A stretch of DNA of 64,000 nt from a virus, in IMG/VR virus record IMGVR_UViG_3300024348_000004; one strand, given 5' to 3'. Under the pieces are notes generated by a model. That model saw only the letters and a program-made list of their open reading frames with translations, did no database searches and was not told where the DNA came from. Position 1 is the first letter of the stretch; each line of letters opens with the position of its first letter. Positions 48,832 to 57,714 of this stretch are shown here, piece after piece. The position numbers and the translations under genes are program-made.

Positions 48832-49538
48832 AGCAAACATTCATAGTGCTAGTCTTAGGACTAGCACCCTTAGTCTTAGCAGACAACGAATTGACCATAG
48901 AACAGAGTGGTGATACTTTTCAATTAGGTGTAGAGCAAATTGGACACAGTAATGAAATCCAAATGTTAGATAGTAATTCATATATTACAGCAACAAGTTT
49001 AGACATGTATTTAGTACAAGTGAACACGAGTCATACCGCTCTTCCTAATAGAATTACCTTTGATGAAATAAGTGGCACAGGTAATCAAATGAAATTAGGT
49101 CAAGGTATTGATTGGACTGATATTACATCAGACACCGACTTATCTTGGAATTATGATGGATGGGAAGGTGGTGGACACGAAATGGATATCACAATGTACG
49201 GTGATTATAATCAATTAGCAGTACAACAAACAAACCAATCAAACGCATCGGATGGTCATAACTTTGATTTACATTTAGCTGGTGATAATAACGAAGTTAA
49301 AATAAAGCAACAAAGTAATGGTGTAAAGAGTACAAACCTTACGATTTACAATGACTACAACGATGTATTTGTTAGACAGAAAGGGAATGGTGCTACACAC
49401 AATGCCAATATTACTCTTGACGGACTATATGGAACTGATTTAATTTTAAAGCAGATGAGTGCAACAAACCAATTGTATAATGTATCCGTAAACTGCTTAA
49501 CAGTAGGTGGTTGTAGTGTATCGGTTACACAGGAGTAG
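48819..49538 (+). CDS. Curlin-like beta-solenoid protein 2
   Basis: Signal peptide; EQIGHSNEI, MYGDYNQLAVQQ, LAGDNNEVKIKQ repeats. Confidence 0.7.
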   Translation: MDYIKQTFIVLVLGLAPLVLADNELTIEQSGDTFQLGVEQIGHSNEIQMLDSNSYITATSLDMYLVQVNTSHTALPNRITFDEISGTGNQMKLGQGIDWTDITSDTDLSWNYDGWEGGGHEMDITMYGDYNQLAVQQTNQSNASDGHNFDLHLAGDNNEVKIKQQSNGVKSTNLTIYNDYNDVFVRQKGNGATHNANITLDGLYGTDLILKQMSATNQLYNVSVNCLTVGGCSVSVTQE

Positions 49539-49622
49539 TTTCGAAAAGTACATACGTAGAAGGTATGGATATCCTTTAATGCATATTGGAAATTTTGTTG
49601 ATGTGTATGTCTAAATAGATGT

Positions 49623-50075
49623 ATGGCATATTCAGAAGAAGTAGTAAAAAGATTCGAAGCAGTTCTTGCAAATCCCAAGAAACATTCAGTTGGTAGATTA
49701 GACAAAGACGACCCCAAAGTTGCAACTGGACTTGCAGGCGCCCCTGCTTGTGGAGATGTCATGCAACTTCAACTATTACTAGATGATGATGAAAGAATCA
49801 TCGATGTAAAATTTAAAACATATGGTTGCGGAAGTGCAATCGCAAGTTCATCTATGTTTGTAGATATGATGATGGGTAAAACCGTTGAAGAAGCAAAACT
49901 CATCAAAGATAAAGATATCGCAGATGCATTAGACTTACCACCAATCAAACTACACTGTAGTGTCTTAGCTGAAGATGCAATCAGAAAGGCAATGATTAAT
50001 TACGAAAGTAAGAAAAATTCTAAAATCGGACACAACAATCCACCACCACTTTCGAGAGAGGACTTTATAGAATGA
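49623..50075 (+). CDS. iscU: Fe-S cluster scaffold IscU
   Basis: GAPACGDVM, FKTYGCGSAIASS, LPPIKLHCS. Confidence 0.92.
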   Translation: MAYSEEVVKRFEAVLANPKKHSVGRLDKDDPKVATGLAGAPACGDVMQLQLLLDDDERIIDVKFKTYGCGSAIASSSMFVDMMMGKTVEEAKLIKDKDIADALDLPPIKLHCSVLAEDAIRKAMINYESKKNSKIGHNNPPPLSREDFIE

Positions 50076-50287
50076 GTGAATGTCCTCAACCTATCGAGTG
50101 GGACGATGAACTCGAATCATCAGAACTTGAATTAGGAGATGTAGAAGCTGCATCCGATTTCGTATGGCAGGTTCTCTTCCTATCACCAATAGAGTTAATT
50201 TACATAGGTGTATCAATGTCAGTTCTGGCAACTTATGGATTAAGCATTTACTATATGTTTAAGTGGATACAAAAGAAATTTAGTTAA
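50072..50287 (+). CDS. Small membrane protein
   Basis: ORF track, TM segment. Confidence 0.55.
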   Translation: MSECPQPIEWDDELESSELELGDVEAASDFVWQVLFLSPIELIYIGVSMSVLATYGLSIYYMFKWIQKKFS

Positions 50288-52128
50288 TGTATAATTGGAA
50301 GACAGTCTTAGTGACTATCGGGTTACTAGTAGGACTTAAAATTTGGTCACCATACATTGTAGAAAATATACAATGGTCATGGTTTGATTTTCTACATCAA
50401 CAACAACCTGTACTTCAAGTTGACGATATCATACTTGTTGATATTGATGAGAAGACATTAGAAACATATGGACAGTATCCATTACCAAGAAACATCTATG
50501 CTGAAATTATGTTGGAAACACATTGGAGTAACACTCATGTGTTCACCCAACTGTTTAAAGAAGTCGATAGATTCGGTGGTGACGAGATATTTGCTGAAGG
50601 TCTAGTAAATAGACTTTCTATTCTATCTTCAGCTCCAACAATACAAAAAGATACAGGAACTGCACCTTTCGTCAATACTTCAGTGTTTGGTGGGGGTGTT
50701 ATAGAAGATAACATCTGGCAGTTTTCAGGAATTGCATCTCCAATCAGGATACTTCAGGACAATACTTACGGTGTTGGAGTAAGTGTAACCACACCTAGTG
50801 TATCGGGAACACCAAATTTTGATGGTACAACTCGCTCTGCACCCCTATTAGTTCTTGCAAATAATCAAATCTATCCAAGTGTTGCACTAGAAACACTACG
50901 TGCTATACAAGACCAACCTTCGTATCAGACCCGTGTAACTGAATCAGGGATAGAATGGATTAGGATGGGACGTGCTAAACCAATAACCACCACACCAACT
51001 GGTGATGTGATGATATCATATTGGAACCAATTCAAAAGAGTTAGTGCTAGTGAACTCTCTAATTCAGATTATGAGAATAAGATTCTAATATGGGGTTTGA
51101 CTGCTGAAGGTCTGAATAATCCAGTGTCAACTCCAGTGGGTGTATTATATCCCCACGAAGTGCAAGCGAACCTAATCCAAACCGTTTCGCAAGAAGTTCA
51201 AATACAACAATCTTACTATCTCGAATTGCTTGAGATTGCTCTTTTGGTGATAGCACTTCTAAGTATTCTACTCGTGGTCTACAATGTTCCCACAATTTTT
51301 GCGGGTCTAGTGAGTCTAGGTATTGTTGGATTTCAGGTGGGTGGGGGGTTCTATTTGTGGACTTCGTCTTTCGTTCTTTTCGATACTTTCTACTCATCGA
51401 TAGCCTCCTTGATGATTTTCGGTCATGCTTCCTTCAACAAATACTATACGACCTACCAACTCAAAGAAGAAATTAAGAAGCAGTTCCAAAAGTATTTATC
51501 GCCTGACATGGTTGACCAACTCGCTGAGAACCCCGAATTATTGAAACTTGGTGGAGATAGAAAGGAACTTACCTTCATGTTTATGGACATATGTGGATTC
51601 ACCCCCATAAGCGAACACTACATGAAACAAGATGACCCCGAAGGATTAGTAGAACTTGTCAATAAATTTCTTGACATGCAGACAAAGATAATCCTAAATA
51701 ATAATGGAACAATCGACAAGTATATGGGAGATTGTATTATGAGTTTTTGGAATGCACCGTTAGATTGCCCCGACCATGCCGAGATGGCAGTCAAGTCTGC
51801 AGAAGAAATACTAATCGCAACCAAGGAACTTAATGAAGAACTCAAACCACTCGGTCTTCCCCCTATCAATGTTGGTATTGGTATTAACACTGGTGAGTGT
51901 ATCGTTGGAAACATGGGGTCAGAACTTAGATTTGACTATTCCGTCATTGGAGATGCCGTCAACCTTGGTGCTAGACTCGAAGGACAAACACGAAATTATG
52001 ATGGGGTGGACGTGTTGCTGGGCGAAGAAACATATAGACAGTGTCCATCTAGAGCATTCACTAAAGTCGATAGAATCCTTGTCAAAGGTAAATCTGAAAA
52101 AGTTACCATTTATACCCCCACCAACTGA
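50287..52128 (+). CDS. CHASE2-domain class III adenylate cyclase
   Basis: LVDIDE...GQYPLPR CHASE2 motif, TM helices, FMDICGFT, DKYMGD, DYSVIGDAVNLGARLE. Confidence 0.9.
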   Translation: MYNWKTVLVTIGLLVGLKIWSPYIVENIQWSWFDFLHQQQPVLQVDDIILVDIDEKTLETYGQYPLPRNIYAEIMLETHWSNTHVFTQLFKEVDRFGGDEIFAEGLVNRLSILSSAPTIQKDTGTAPFVNTSVFGGGVIEDNIWQFSGIASPIRILQDNTYGVGVSVTTPSVSGTPNFDGTTRSAPLLVLANNQIYPSVALETLRAIQDQPSYQTRVTESGIEWIRMGRAKPITTTPTGDVMISYWNQFKRVSASELSNSDYENKILIWGLTAEGLNNPVSTPVGVLYPHEVQANLIQTVSQEVQIQQSYYLELLEIALLVIALLSILLVVYNVPTIFAGLVSLGIVGFQVGGGFYLWTSSFVLFDTFYSSIASLMIFGHASFNKYYTTYQLKEEIKKQFQKYLSPDMVDQLAENPELLKLGGDRKELTFMFMDICGFTPISEHYMKQDDPEGLVELVNKFLDMQTKIILNNNGTIDKYMGDCIMSFWNAPLDCPDHAEMAVKSAEEILIATKELNEELKPLGLPPINVGIGINTGECIVGNMGSELRFDYSVIGDAVNLGARLEGQTRNYDGVDVLLGEETYRQCPSRAFTKVDRILVKGKSEKVTIYTPTN

Positions 52129-52432
52129 ACCACCAACTAATCTCGATTGGGTCTTATTTGTAGGACTACAAGCAGCAGATATCTATACCACATACCGTGG
52201 ACTAAAATATGATTGTGTAAAGGAGGCAAACCCAATATTCGGAGAACGTCCCGATTTAAACGATTTGTTTGAGAAAAAGTTTATCATACTTGCACCAGCA
52301 TTATTATATGACTATGATACTCAACAACTTACAAGTAAGTCAATGATGGGTTTGAATACTTTTATGACAATAATAATAGTGAATAATCTCCACGTCCTCG
52401 ATAGAGCTAAAACCTCTTGTAAAAAAAGATAA
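51833..52432 (+). CDS. Hypothetical membrane protein overlapping the cyclase 3' end (start uncertain)
   Basis: C-terminal LQAADIYTTY...EANPI motif fills the 52128-52432 gap. Confidence 0.55.
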   Translation: MKNSNHSVFPLSMLVLVLTLVSVSLETWGQNLDLTIPSLEMPSTLVLDSKDKHEIMMGWTCCWAKKHIDSVHLEHSLKSIESLSKVNLKKLPFIPPPTEPPTNLDWVLFVGLQAADIYTTYRGLKYDCVKEANPIFGERPDLNDLFEKKFIILAPALLYDYDTQQLTSKSMMGLNTFMTIIIVNNLHVLDRAKTSCKKR

Positions 52433-52438
52433 AAACCC

Positions 52439-52465
52439 CTTGAAATTTTAGAAAAAACCCATATA
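52439..52465 (+). promoter_or_regulatory. Sigma32 (RpoH)-type promoter upstream of hsp20
   Basis: CTTGAA-N13-CCCATATA. Confidence 0.65.
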
Positions 52466-52480
52466 ATAGTAGTATGGTGT

Positions 52481-52488
52481 TATAAATA
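52481..52488 (+). promoter_or_regulatory. Late promoter TATAAATA upstream of hsp20
   Basis: Exact consensus. Confidence 0.65.
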
Positions 52489-52548
52489 CCATTGTAATGC
52501 CCATTAGGGGTTACATAACATTAACTTGCTTAATAAAGGAGAAAAACT

Positions 52549-52974
52549 ATGACACATTTCAATGATGTCTTCGGGAAATTTTCAACAGAATTCCCATTCG
52601 CAATCGGGTTCGACAGAACTCTTCAACTATTAGAACGTGCAGATGTGCAATCTAATTCTAACTATCCACCTTACAATATTGTAAAACATGATGCAGAGAA
52701 CTTCTCTATCGAACTTGCAGTAGCTGGATTTACCAAGAAAGATATTACTATCTCAAAAGAGAAAGAAGTTCTTTCAATCGAAGGTAAACAAGAGGAAGGA
52801 GACGAACTTGAGTATGTCCATAAAGGACTCGCATCACGTTCATTCAAAAGAACATTCACACTTGCAGACGACATTGTCGTTAAAGGTGCAGACATGAAGA
52901 ATGGTATTTTGAGTGTTAGTTTAGAGAGAATTGTGCCTGAGGAAGACAAACCTCAAGAAATCAAAATTTCTTAA
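52549..52974 (+). CDS. hsp20: Small heat-shock protein Hsp20 (IbpA-like)
   Basis: NYPPYNI, ELAVAGF, HKGLASRSF, NGIL. Confidence 0.95.
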   Translation: MTHFNDVFGKFSTEFPFAIGFDRTLQLLERADVQSNSNYPPYNIVKHDAENFSIELAVAGFTKKDITISKEKEVLSIEGKQEEGDELEYVHKGLASRSFKRTFTLADDIVVKGADMKNGILSVSLERIVPEEDKPQEIKIS

Positions 52975-53057
52975 AAACCCTCTTTACGATACACCCTTTA
53001 TATTGTATACTGGGTGTATCTTCTATATTATGTAGAAGCGATATAAAGGAGAAAACT

Positions 53058-53555
53058 ATGTTAAATGTAGGTGATAAAATCCCTCAAGTGAATCTTCCGA
53101 TTCAAGTCGATGGTGAATTCAGAACTTTGGATACACTTAAACAACTAGAGGGCAAAAGAGTAATTCTTTTTGCATTGCCAGGCGCATTTACTCCAACATG
53201 TTCCAACCAACAACTGCCAGGATTTGATTCCATGTTTGAACAGTTTGATGAGAAGGGCATTGAAGAGATTTATTGTTTGTCTGTTAACGATACTTTTGTT
53301 ATGAACAGTTGGTTCGAAGCACAAGACGTACAGAGAGTTTATCCACTGCCTGATGGTAATGGTGAATTCACACAAGCAATGGGTGCCTCAGTGGAAAAAG
53401 GTAACGTAGGATTCGGTATCAGAAGTTGGAGATATGCCATGGTTATAAACGATGGTGTTATTGAACAGATGTTTACTGAAGAAGGTCAAGATGATAACAT
53501 CAATAGTGACCCTTACGAAATATCAACTCCCGAGAACGTATTAGAGAATCTTTAA
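53058..53555 (+). CDS. Peroxiredoxin (Prx5-like)
   Basis: PGAFTPTCS, SVNDTFVM, RSWRY. Confidence 0.92.
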   Translation: MLNVGDKIPQVNLPIQVDGEFRTLDTLKQLEGKRVILFALPGAFTPTCSNQQLPGFDSMFEQFDEKGIEEIYCLSVNDTFVMNSWFEAQDVQRVYPLPDGNGEFTQAMGASVEKGNVGFGIRSWRYAMVINDGVIEQMFTEEGQDDNINSDPYEISTPENVLENL

Positions 53556-53556
53556 T

Positions 53557-54669
53557 ATGGAACTGAGTAGGGAAGATACCATATGGGTAGCGAGCAAGCT
53601 CGTTAACTATTTTGCAGACTTCAAAAGAATTGACGATTACTTTCGTGCAAGGAAAATTGAAAGAGTAAAGGACTTACCTGCTCCGTTGTTCGGATTCGGT
53701 CTTGAGGATGACATGTTTCAAAACTATGACATGCATCCTCAAGACATGAATTTTGAGGTTACAACAATACCAAATGAAACATTTGATGCGATGTTGGAAA
53801 AAACTGCATCATTTTCGCCTGATGAATCGCCAGGCAAAACTATGAAACTCGTAGTTAAGGAGACCAATACAAACACTGTAGTGGGATTCATAAGATATGG
53901 TTCACCACTAATCAATTCAAAACCAAGAAACGATTACCTTGGTTCTACACCCGACTTAGATATATTCAACAAACGTGCAATCATGGGATTCAACATTGTC
54001 CCTGTACAACCATTTGGATATAATTATCTTGGTGGTAAACTTCTTGCCGCTATCTGTTGTTCACACGAAACACGTAGAATGTTGAACGCTAAATATAACA
54101 CAGAGTTCTGTTTATTTGAAACAACATCTTTATATGGTAACATCAAAGGTGCAAGTATGTACGATGGTATGAGACCATTCTTAAGATACAAGGGTGATAC
54201 ACAGAGTAAGTTTTTACTTACACTAGGCGAAGAACTATACTTTGAACTAAGAGATTGGTTCACCGATAGAAACGATGGAGAAGACTTGATACACAAAGGT
54301 GCTTCATCTCGTAAACTAAAAATGCAGACTAAGATGGTTAGTCTAGTAAAACAGAATTTAAAGAAACATGACTCCATAGGATATGACCACTTCTGTAAAG
54401 CAATTGAAAATGCAAGTGGTGTAACTACACAGAAAAGATTCTACATGTCAGAATGGGGATACAGTAATACAAAAGATGTATTGCTTGGTAAGACTGATAA
54501 ACTAATCAAAGCAGAAAACTTTGATAGATTTGAGATGGATGGTATCCTCGCATGGTGGACAAAACATGCTAGTAAAAGATTTGATAATGTTATCAAACAA
54601 GGAAGAAATCGTACAGAGTTAGAAGTGTGGAATCAAAACACTATGAACAAAATAGATATTATAAGATGA
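53557..54669 (+). CDS. DUF4338-like conserved phage protein
   Basis: PFGYNYLGGKLLA, ETTSLYG, SMYDG. Confidence 0.65.
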   Translation: MELSREDTIWVASKLVNYFADFKRIDDYFRARKIERVKDLPAPLFGFGLEDDMFQNYDMHPQDMNFEVTTIPNETFDAMLEKTASFSPDESPGKTMKLVVKETNTNTVVGFIRYGSPLINSKPRNDYLGSTPDLDIFNKRAIMGFNIVPVQPFGYNYLGGKLLAAICCSHETRRMLNAKYNTEFCLFETTSLYGNIKGASMYDGMRPFLRYKGDTQSKFLLTLGEELYFELRDWFTDRNDGEDLIHKGASSRKLKMQTKMVSLVKQNLKKHDSIGYDHFCKAIENASGVTTQKRFYMSEWGYSNTKDVLLGKTDKLIKAENFDRFEMDGILAWWTKHASKRFDNVIKQGRNRTELEVWNQNTMNKIDIIR

Positions 54670-55058
54670 AAATAGGATTCACATGTGGTGCATTTGACCT
54701 TCTTCATGCTGGTCATATTGTAATGTTAAAAGAAGCATCTGAGAACTGTGACTACCTAATTGTGGGATTACAAACAGACCCTTCAATCGACAGACAAGAA
54801 AAGAATCAACCATGCCAATCAGTATATGAAAGGTACATACAACTAAGAGCAGTCAAATACGTAGATGAAATTCTACCATATGACACTGAACAGAGTCTGT
54901 TAGACTTGATACAGTCTACAGAGATTCATATGAGGTTCGTAGGAGAAGACTACATAGGTGGAGATTTCACTGGAAAAGGAATGCATGAAATATATTATAC
55001 AGATAGACAACATTCATTTTCCACAACCAATTTAAGGAACAAAGCGGGACTAGTATAA
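54666..55058 (+). CDS. Cytidylyltransferase (TagD-like)
   Basis: FDLLHAGH, VGLQTD, FSTT. Confidence 0.88.
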   Translation: MKIGFTCGAFDLLHAGHIVMLKEASENCDYLIVGLQTDPSIDRQEKNQPCQSVYERYIQLRAVKYVDEILPYDTEQSLLDLIQSTEIHMRFVGEDYIGGDFTGKGMHEIYYTDRQHSFSTTNLRNKAGLV

Positions 55059-55118
55059 CGGTCATTACGAGGGGTTACCAACTCTTAGATAACAGTTCGA
55101 TTCTGTTGTCCCGCTCCA
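55044..55118 (+). tRNA. tRNA-Gly(ACC)
   Basis: GCGGGAC/GTCCCGC acceptor stem, U73, AGGGG-TTACCAA-CTCTT anticodon arm, AACAG-TTCGATT-CTGTT T arm, encoded CCA. Confidence 0.85.
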
Positions 55119-55125
55119 ATATATT

Positions 55126-56454
55126 ATGCTAGATAATTTTTATACAGAAAAGACATATCAAAAGACAATTAGGATATTAGTCTATCCTAATATCACATGG
55201 CAGAAGAACTTAGAACAAGATTCTTATGTACAAGTGTTAAAGAATATGATTCGTGAAACACAGAACGAACCGTTCTACTGGCATATCATATCACCAACCC
55301 ATATAGATGGCTTGACATTCGATAATACGGAACAGTATTTACTACCAGTTCCCACATATCCACCAGTAATGAGAGCACACTTTGATGTAGAATCAGTGAG
55401 GAGACTAGTGGGTCATGATAAAGATTTTGATATCATCATGTCACACTTGCCAGAACATACTCACCAGTTAGTAAATACAATTTACAACATGACACACCAC
55501 ACACCAAAGGTTATTGGTTACTCGCATTGGTTTGACTTTGACCATATAGTTGCCTGGCACAAAGGTACATTCAATCAGAATGCTACAGGTCTGTTAGAGT
55601 ACGATAGATGTTATATCAATACACAATGTCAGAAAGATATGGTATTGAATCAAGCAAGAGATACGTTCAATGAGAATACTGTATCTAAACTAGACAACAT
55701 TCTAAAAGTTCAACACTTGGGTGTACACTTAGATGATATTGTCAGTGTGAATAACACCCCAACAAGAACTATAGTATTCAATCATAGATGTGAAAAGTAC
55801 AAACACTTTGATGAGTTTATTGCTTTGATGGATGCATTGTGGGAACAGAGACAAGACTTTAATGTTTGGGCACCATTGTTTGATGGTAGTTTCAGTAAAC
55901 CATATCTATCAAATGAAAAGTTTGATAAGAAAGGATATTACAAAAAACTAAATGAGTGTTACATGGGATTTGCACCTAAACAAAAGTATGGTGGTTGGAG
56001 TGTTGCTGCTACAGATGGAATGATGAATGGATGTCCATACATATTCTATGAGGGTGCCTACTATCACGAATTACAAGATGACGCTGACTTCTTTACTACA
56101 GATGATGAATCACTCAAACTAATCAATGAGTATCTAGACGATATCGATTTAAGAAATGATAAAGCAACTCAAGCACAAGATTGGTTGAGAACGCATCTAC
56201 TATACAGTACAGAGATGGATAAGATGTGTGATGAAATTAAATCACTTCTATCAAAAGCAGTATGTTCACCTAAAGTAGATGAACTTGTGGAGTATGTAAA
56301 GGAACATAAATCAGTAACTAAGAAGGAATTGTTTGATACCATGGGATGGGGAAGAGGAATTAAATGGACACCTTACAGACGTGCCTTGATGACACACCCA
56401 AACATATATGACACTACCAGTAGTGAATCCACATACAATTGGAGAGAGGAATGA
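55126..56454 (+). CDS. Putative GT-B fold glycosyltransferase
   Basis: SHLPEH, VFNHR, GGWSVAATDGMMNG (GT4-like C-terminal motif). Confidence 0.6.
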   Translation: MLDNFYTEKTYQKTIRILVYPNITWQKNLEQDSYVQVLKNMIRETQNEPFYWHIISPTHIDGLTFDNTEQYLLPVPTYPPVMRAHFDVESVRRLVGHDKDFDIIMSHLPEHTHQLVNTIYNMTHHTPKVIGYSHWFDFDHIVAWHKGTFNQNATGLLEYDRCYINTQCQKDMVLNQARDTFNENTVSKLDNILKVQHLGVHLDDIVSVNNTPTRTIVFNHRCEKYKHFDEFIALMDALWEQRQDFNVWAPLFDGSFSKPYLSNEKFDKKGYYKKLNECYMGFAPKQKYGGWSVAATDGMMNGCPYIFYEGAYYHELQDDADFFTTDDESLKLINEYLDDIDLRNDKATQAQDWLRTHLLYSTEMDKMCDEIKSLLSKAVCSPKVDELVEYVKEHKSVTKKELFDTMGWGRGIKWTPYRRALMTHPNIYDTTSSESTYNWREE

Positions 56455-56768
56455 GTCAACCATTATTTGACAATGATGTTTACTGTGTAGTAGACAATGA
56501 AAAGGCAGAATTAGCAGGTATCAAAATTCTACATGGAGAATATGAAGGCGCCATATATTCGTATGGTAAGGTTGAATTCGAAGATGGTAAACCTAACATA
56601 AATTTCGAAAGAACATTTCACGTAGTCCCCGAAGGTAAAACTTTAGATGAACTAAATACCAACGAAGAATTAAATAAATTGATAGGTGATATCCTTGTGG
56701 AACTCATCTCTCATCAAATCGCAAAGGAAGAGAATAATGAACAAAGAAGTATTGAAGGAGCAGATTAA
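56451..56768 (+). CDS. Hypothetical protein, possibly gp40-like head vertex chaperone
   Basis: IYSYGKVEF...LIGDILVELI. Confidence 0.5.
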   Translation: MSQPLFDNDVYCVVDNEKAELAGIKILHGEYEGAIYSYGKVEFEDGKPNINFERTFHVVPEGKTLDELNTNEELNKLIGDILVELISHQIAKEENNEQRSIEGAD

Positions 56769-57195
56769 GAGACACGAAGGAGAAGTCCTCGAAGTGTACG
56801 CTGATTCACTAGGATATTTAACACTAGGTGTTGGACATCTAATCAAAGAAGGTGATGCAGAACATGGACAACCTGCTGGAACTCCAGTAAGTCAAGAAAC
56901 TGTTGACATATACTATGAAATGGATTTCGACAAACACGTTGAAGAAACCATTCATGTATTTGAATCAAAAGGTGGAGAAGATTTCTATGCACTACCCGAA
57001 GACATTCAACACGTTTTAGTTAACATGACATTCAACTTAGGTGGAACAAGATTCAGTAAGTTCAATAACATGTGGAAAGGTGTTGTTGCTTGTGACTGGG
57101 AAAAGGTTGCAGTTGAAATGGAAGATTCTAAATGGTTCGGACAAGTTGGAAGAAGGTCAGTAGAACTCCAACAAATGGTTCGAAACTGTGACTAG
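56737..57195 (+). CDS. Lysozyme (T4-lysozyme/GH24-like)
   Basis: IKRHEG...YADSLGYLTLGVGHL, NMTFNLG, SKWFGQV. Confidence 0.88.
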   Translation: MNKEVLKEQIKRHEGEVLEVYADSLGYLTLGVGHLIKEGDAEHGQPAGTPVSQETVDIYYEMDFDKHVEETIHVFESKGGEDFYALPEDIQHVLVNMTFNLGGTRFSKFNNMWKGVVACDWEKVAVEMEDSKWFGQVGRRSVELQQMVRNCD

Positions 57196-57469
57196 AGAAA
57201 TCCTTGCAGTAAAATTAATCGGTGGTGAGGTTGTCATTGGATATGTCACTAAGAACCGATGGAAAAAGGAAATAGTTATACAAGAGGCACAAGAGTGTCT
57301 CATTACGTATGCTGAAGGTAGAGCAGAGGTAGAACTCGCACCTTGGAATCCATATGCTATGGACTATACGTTTAAGGTACCATTACATGCTGTAGTTACT
57401 ACATTCAAAGTGAGACCAAATTTAGAAATTAACTACAAGAAAAGTACAGGTAATATTAAGGAAAAATAA
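57188..57469 (+). CDS. Hypothetical protein
   Basis: VKLIGGEVVIG...LAPW. Confidence 0.6.
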   Translation: MTREILAVKLIGGEVVIGYVTKNRWKKEIVIQEAQECLITYAEGRAEVELAPWNPYAMDYTFKVPLHAVVTTFKVRPNLEINYKKSTGNIKEK

Positions 57470-57690
57470 TGGCAGATTTATTAAGAGCATTAGAAAAGAA
57501 ACTAGAGGGTGATGTTGCAGTTCACACTGCAAACGCTATGGTATACCAAACAAACCCAACAGGGATTGGCGAACACCCCGACATCGTTCAAGCATTGGAA
57601 ATGGAAGTTGAAAAACTTGCTGATGCACAGGACAAACTCAAATCGGTAAAAGAACTTCTACACCCATCTAAAAAGACCCTTGTAGAATAG
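57469..57690 (+). CDS. Conserved phage hypothetical protein
   Basis: NPTGIGEHPDI. Confidence 0.65.
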   Translation: MADLLRALEKKLEGDVAVHTANAMVYQTNPTGIGEHPDIVQALEMEVEKLADAQDKLKSVKELLHPSKKTLVE

Positions 57691-57714
57691 ACACCTTTCT
57701 GTTATAATAACCAT

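Noticed and set aside
53557-54669. Druantia-like defence system
   Set aside because: Single DUF4338-like gene with no partner helicase genes
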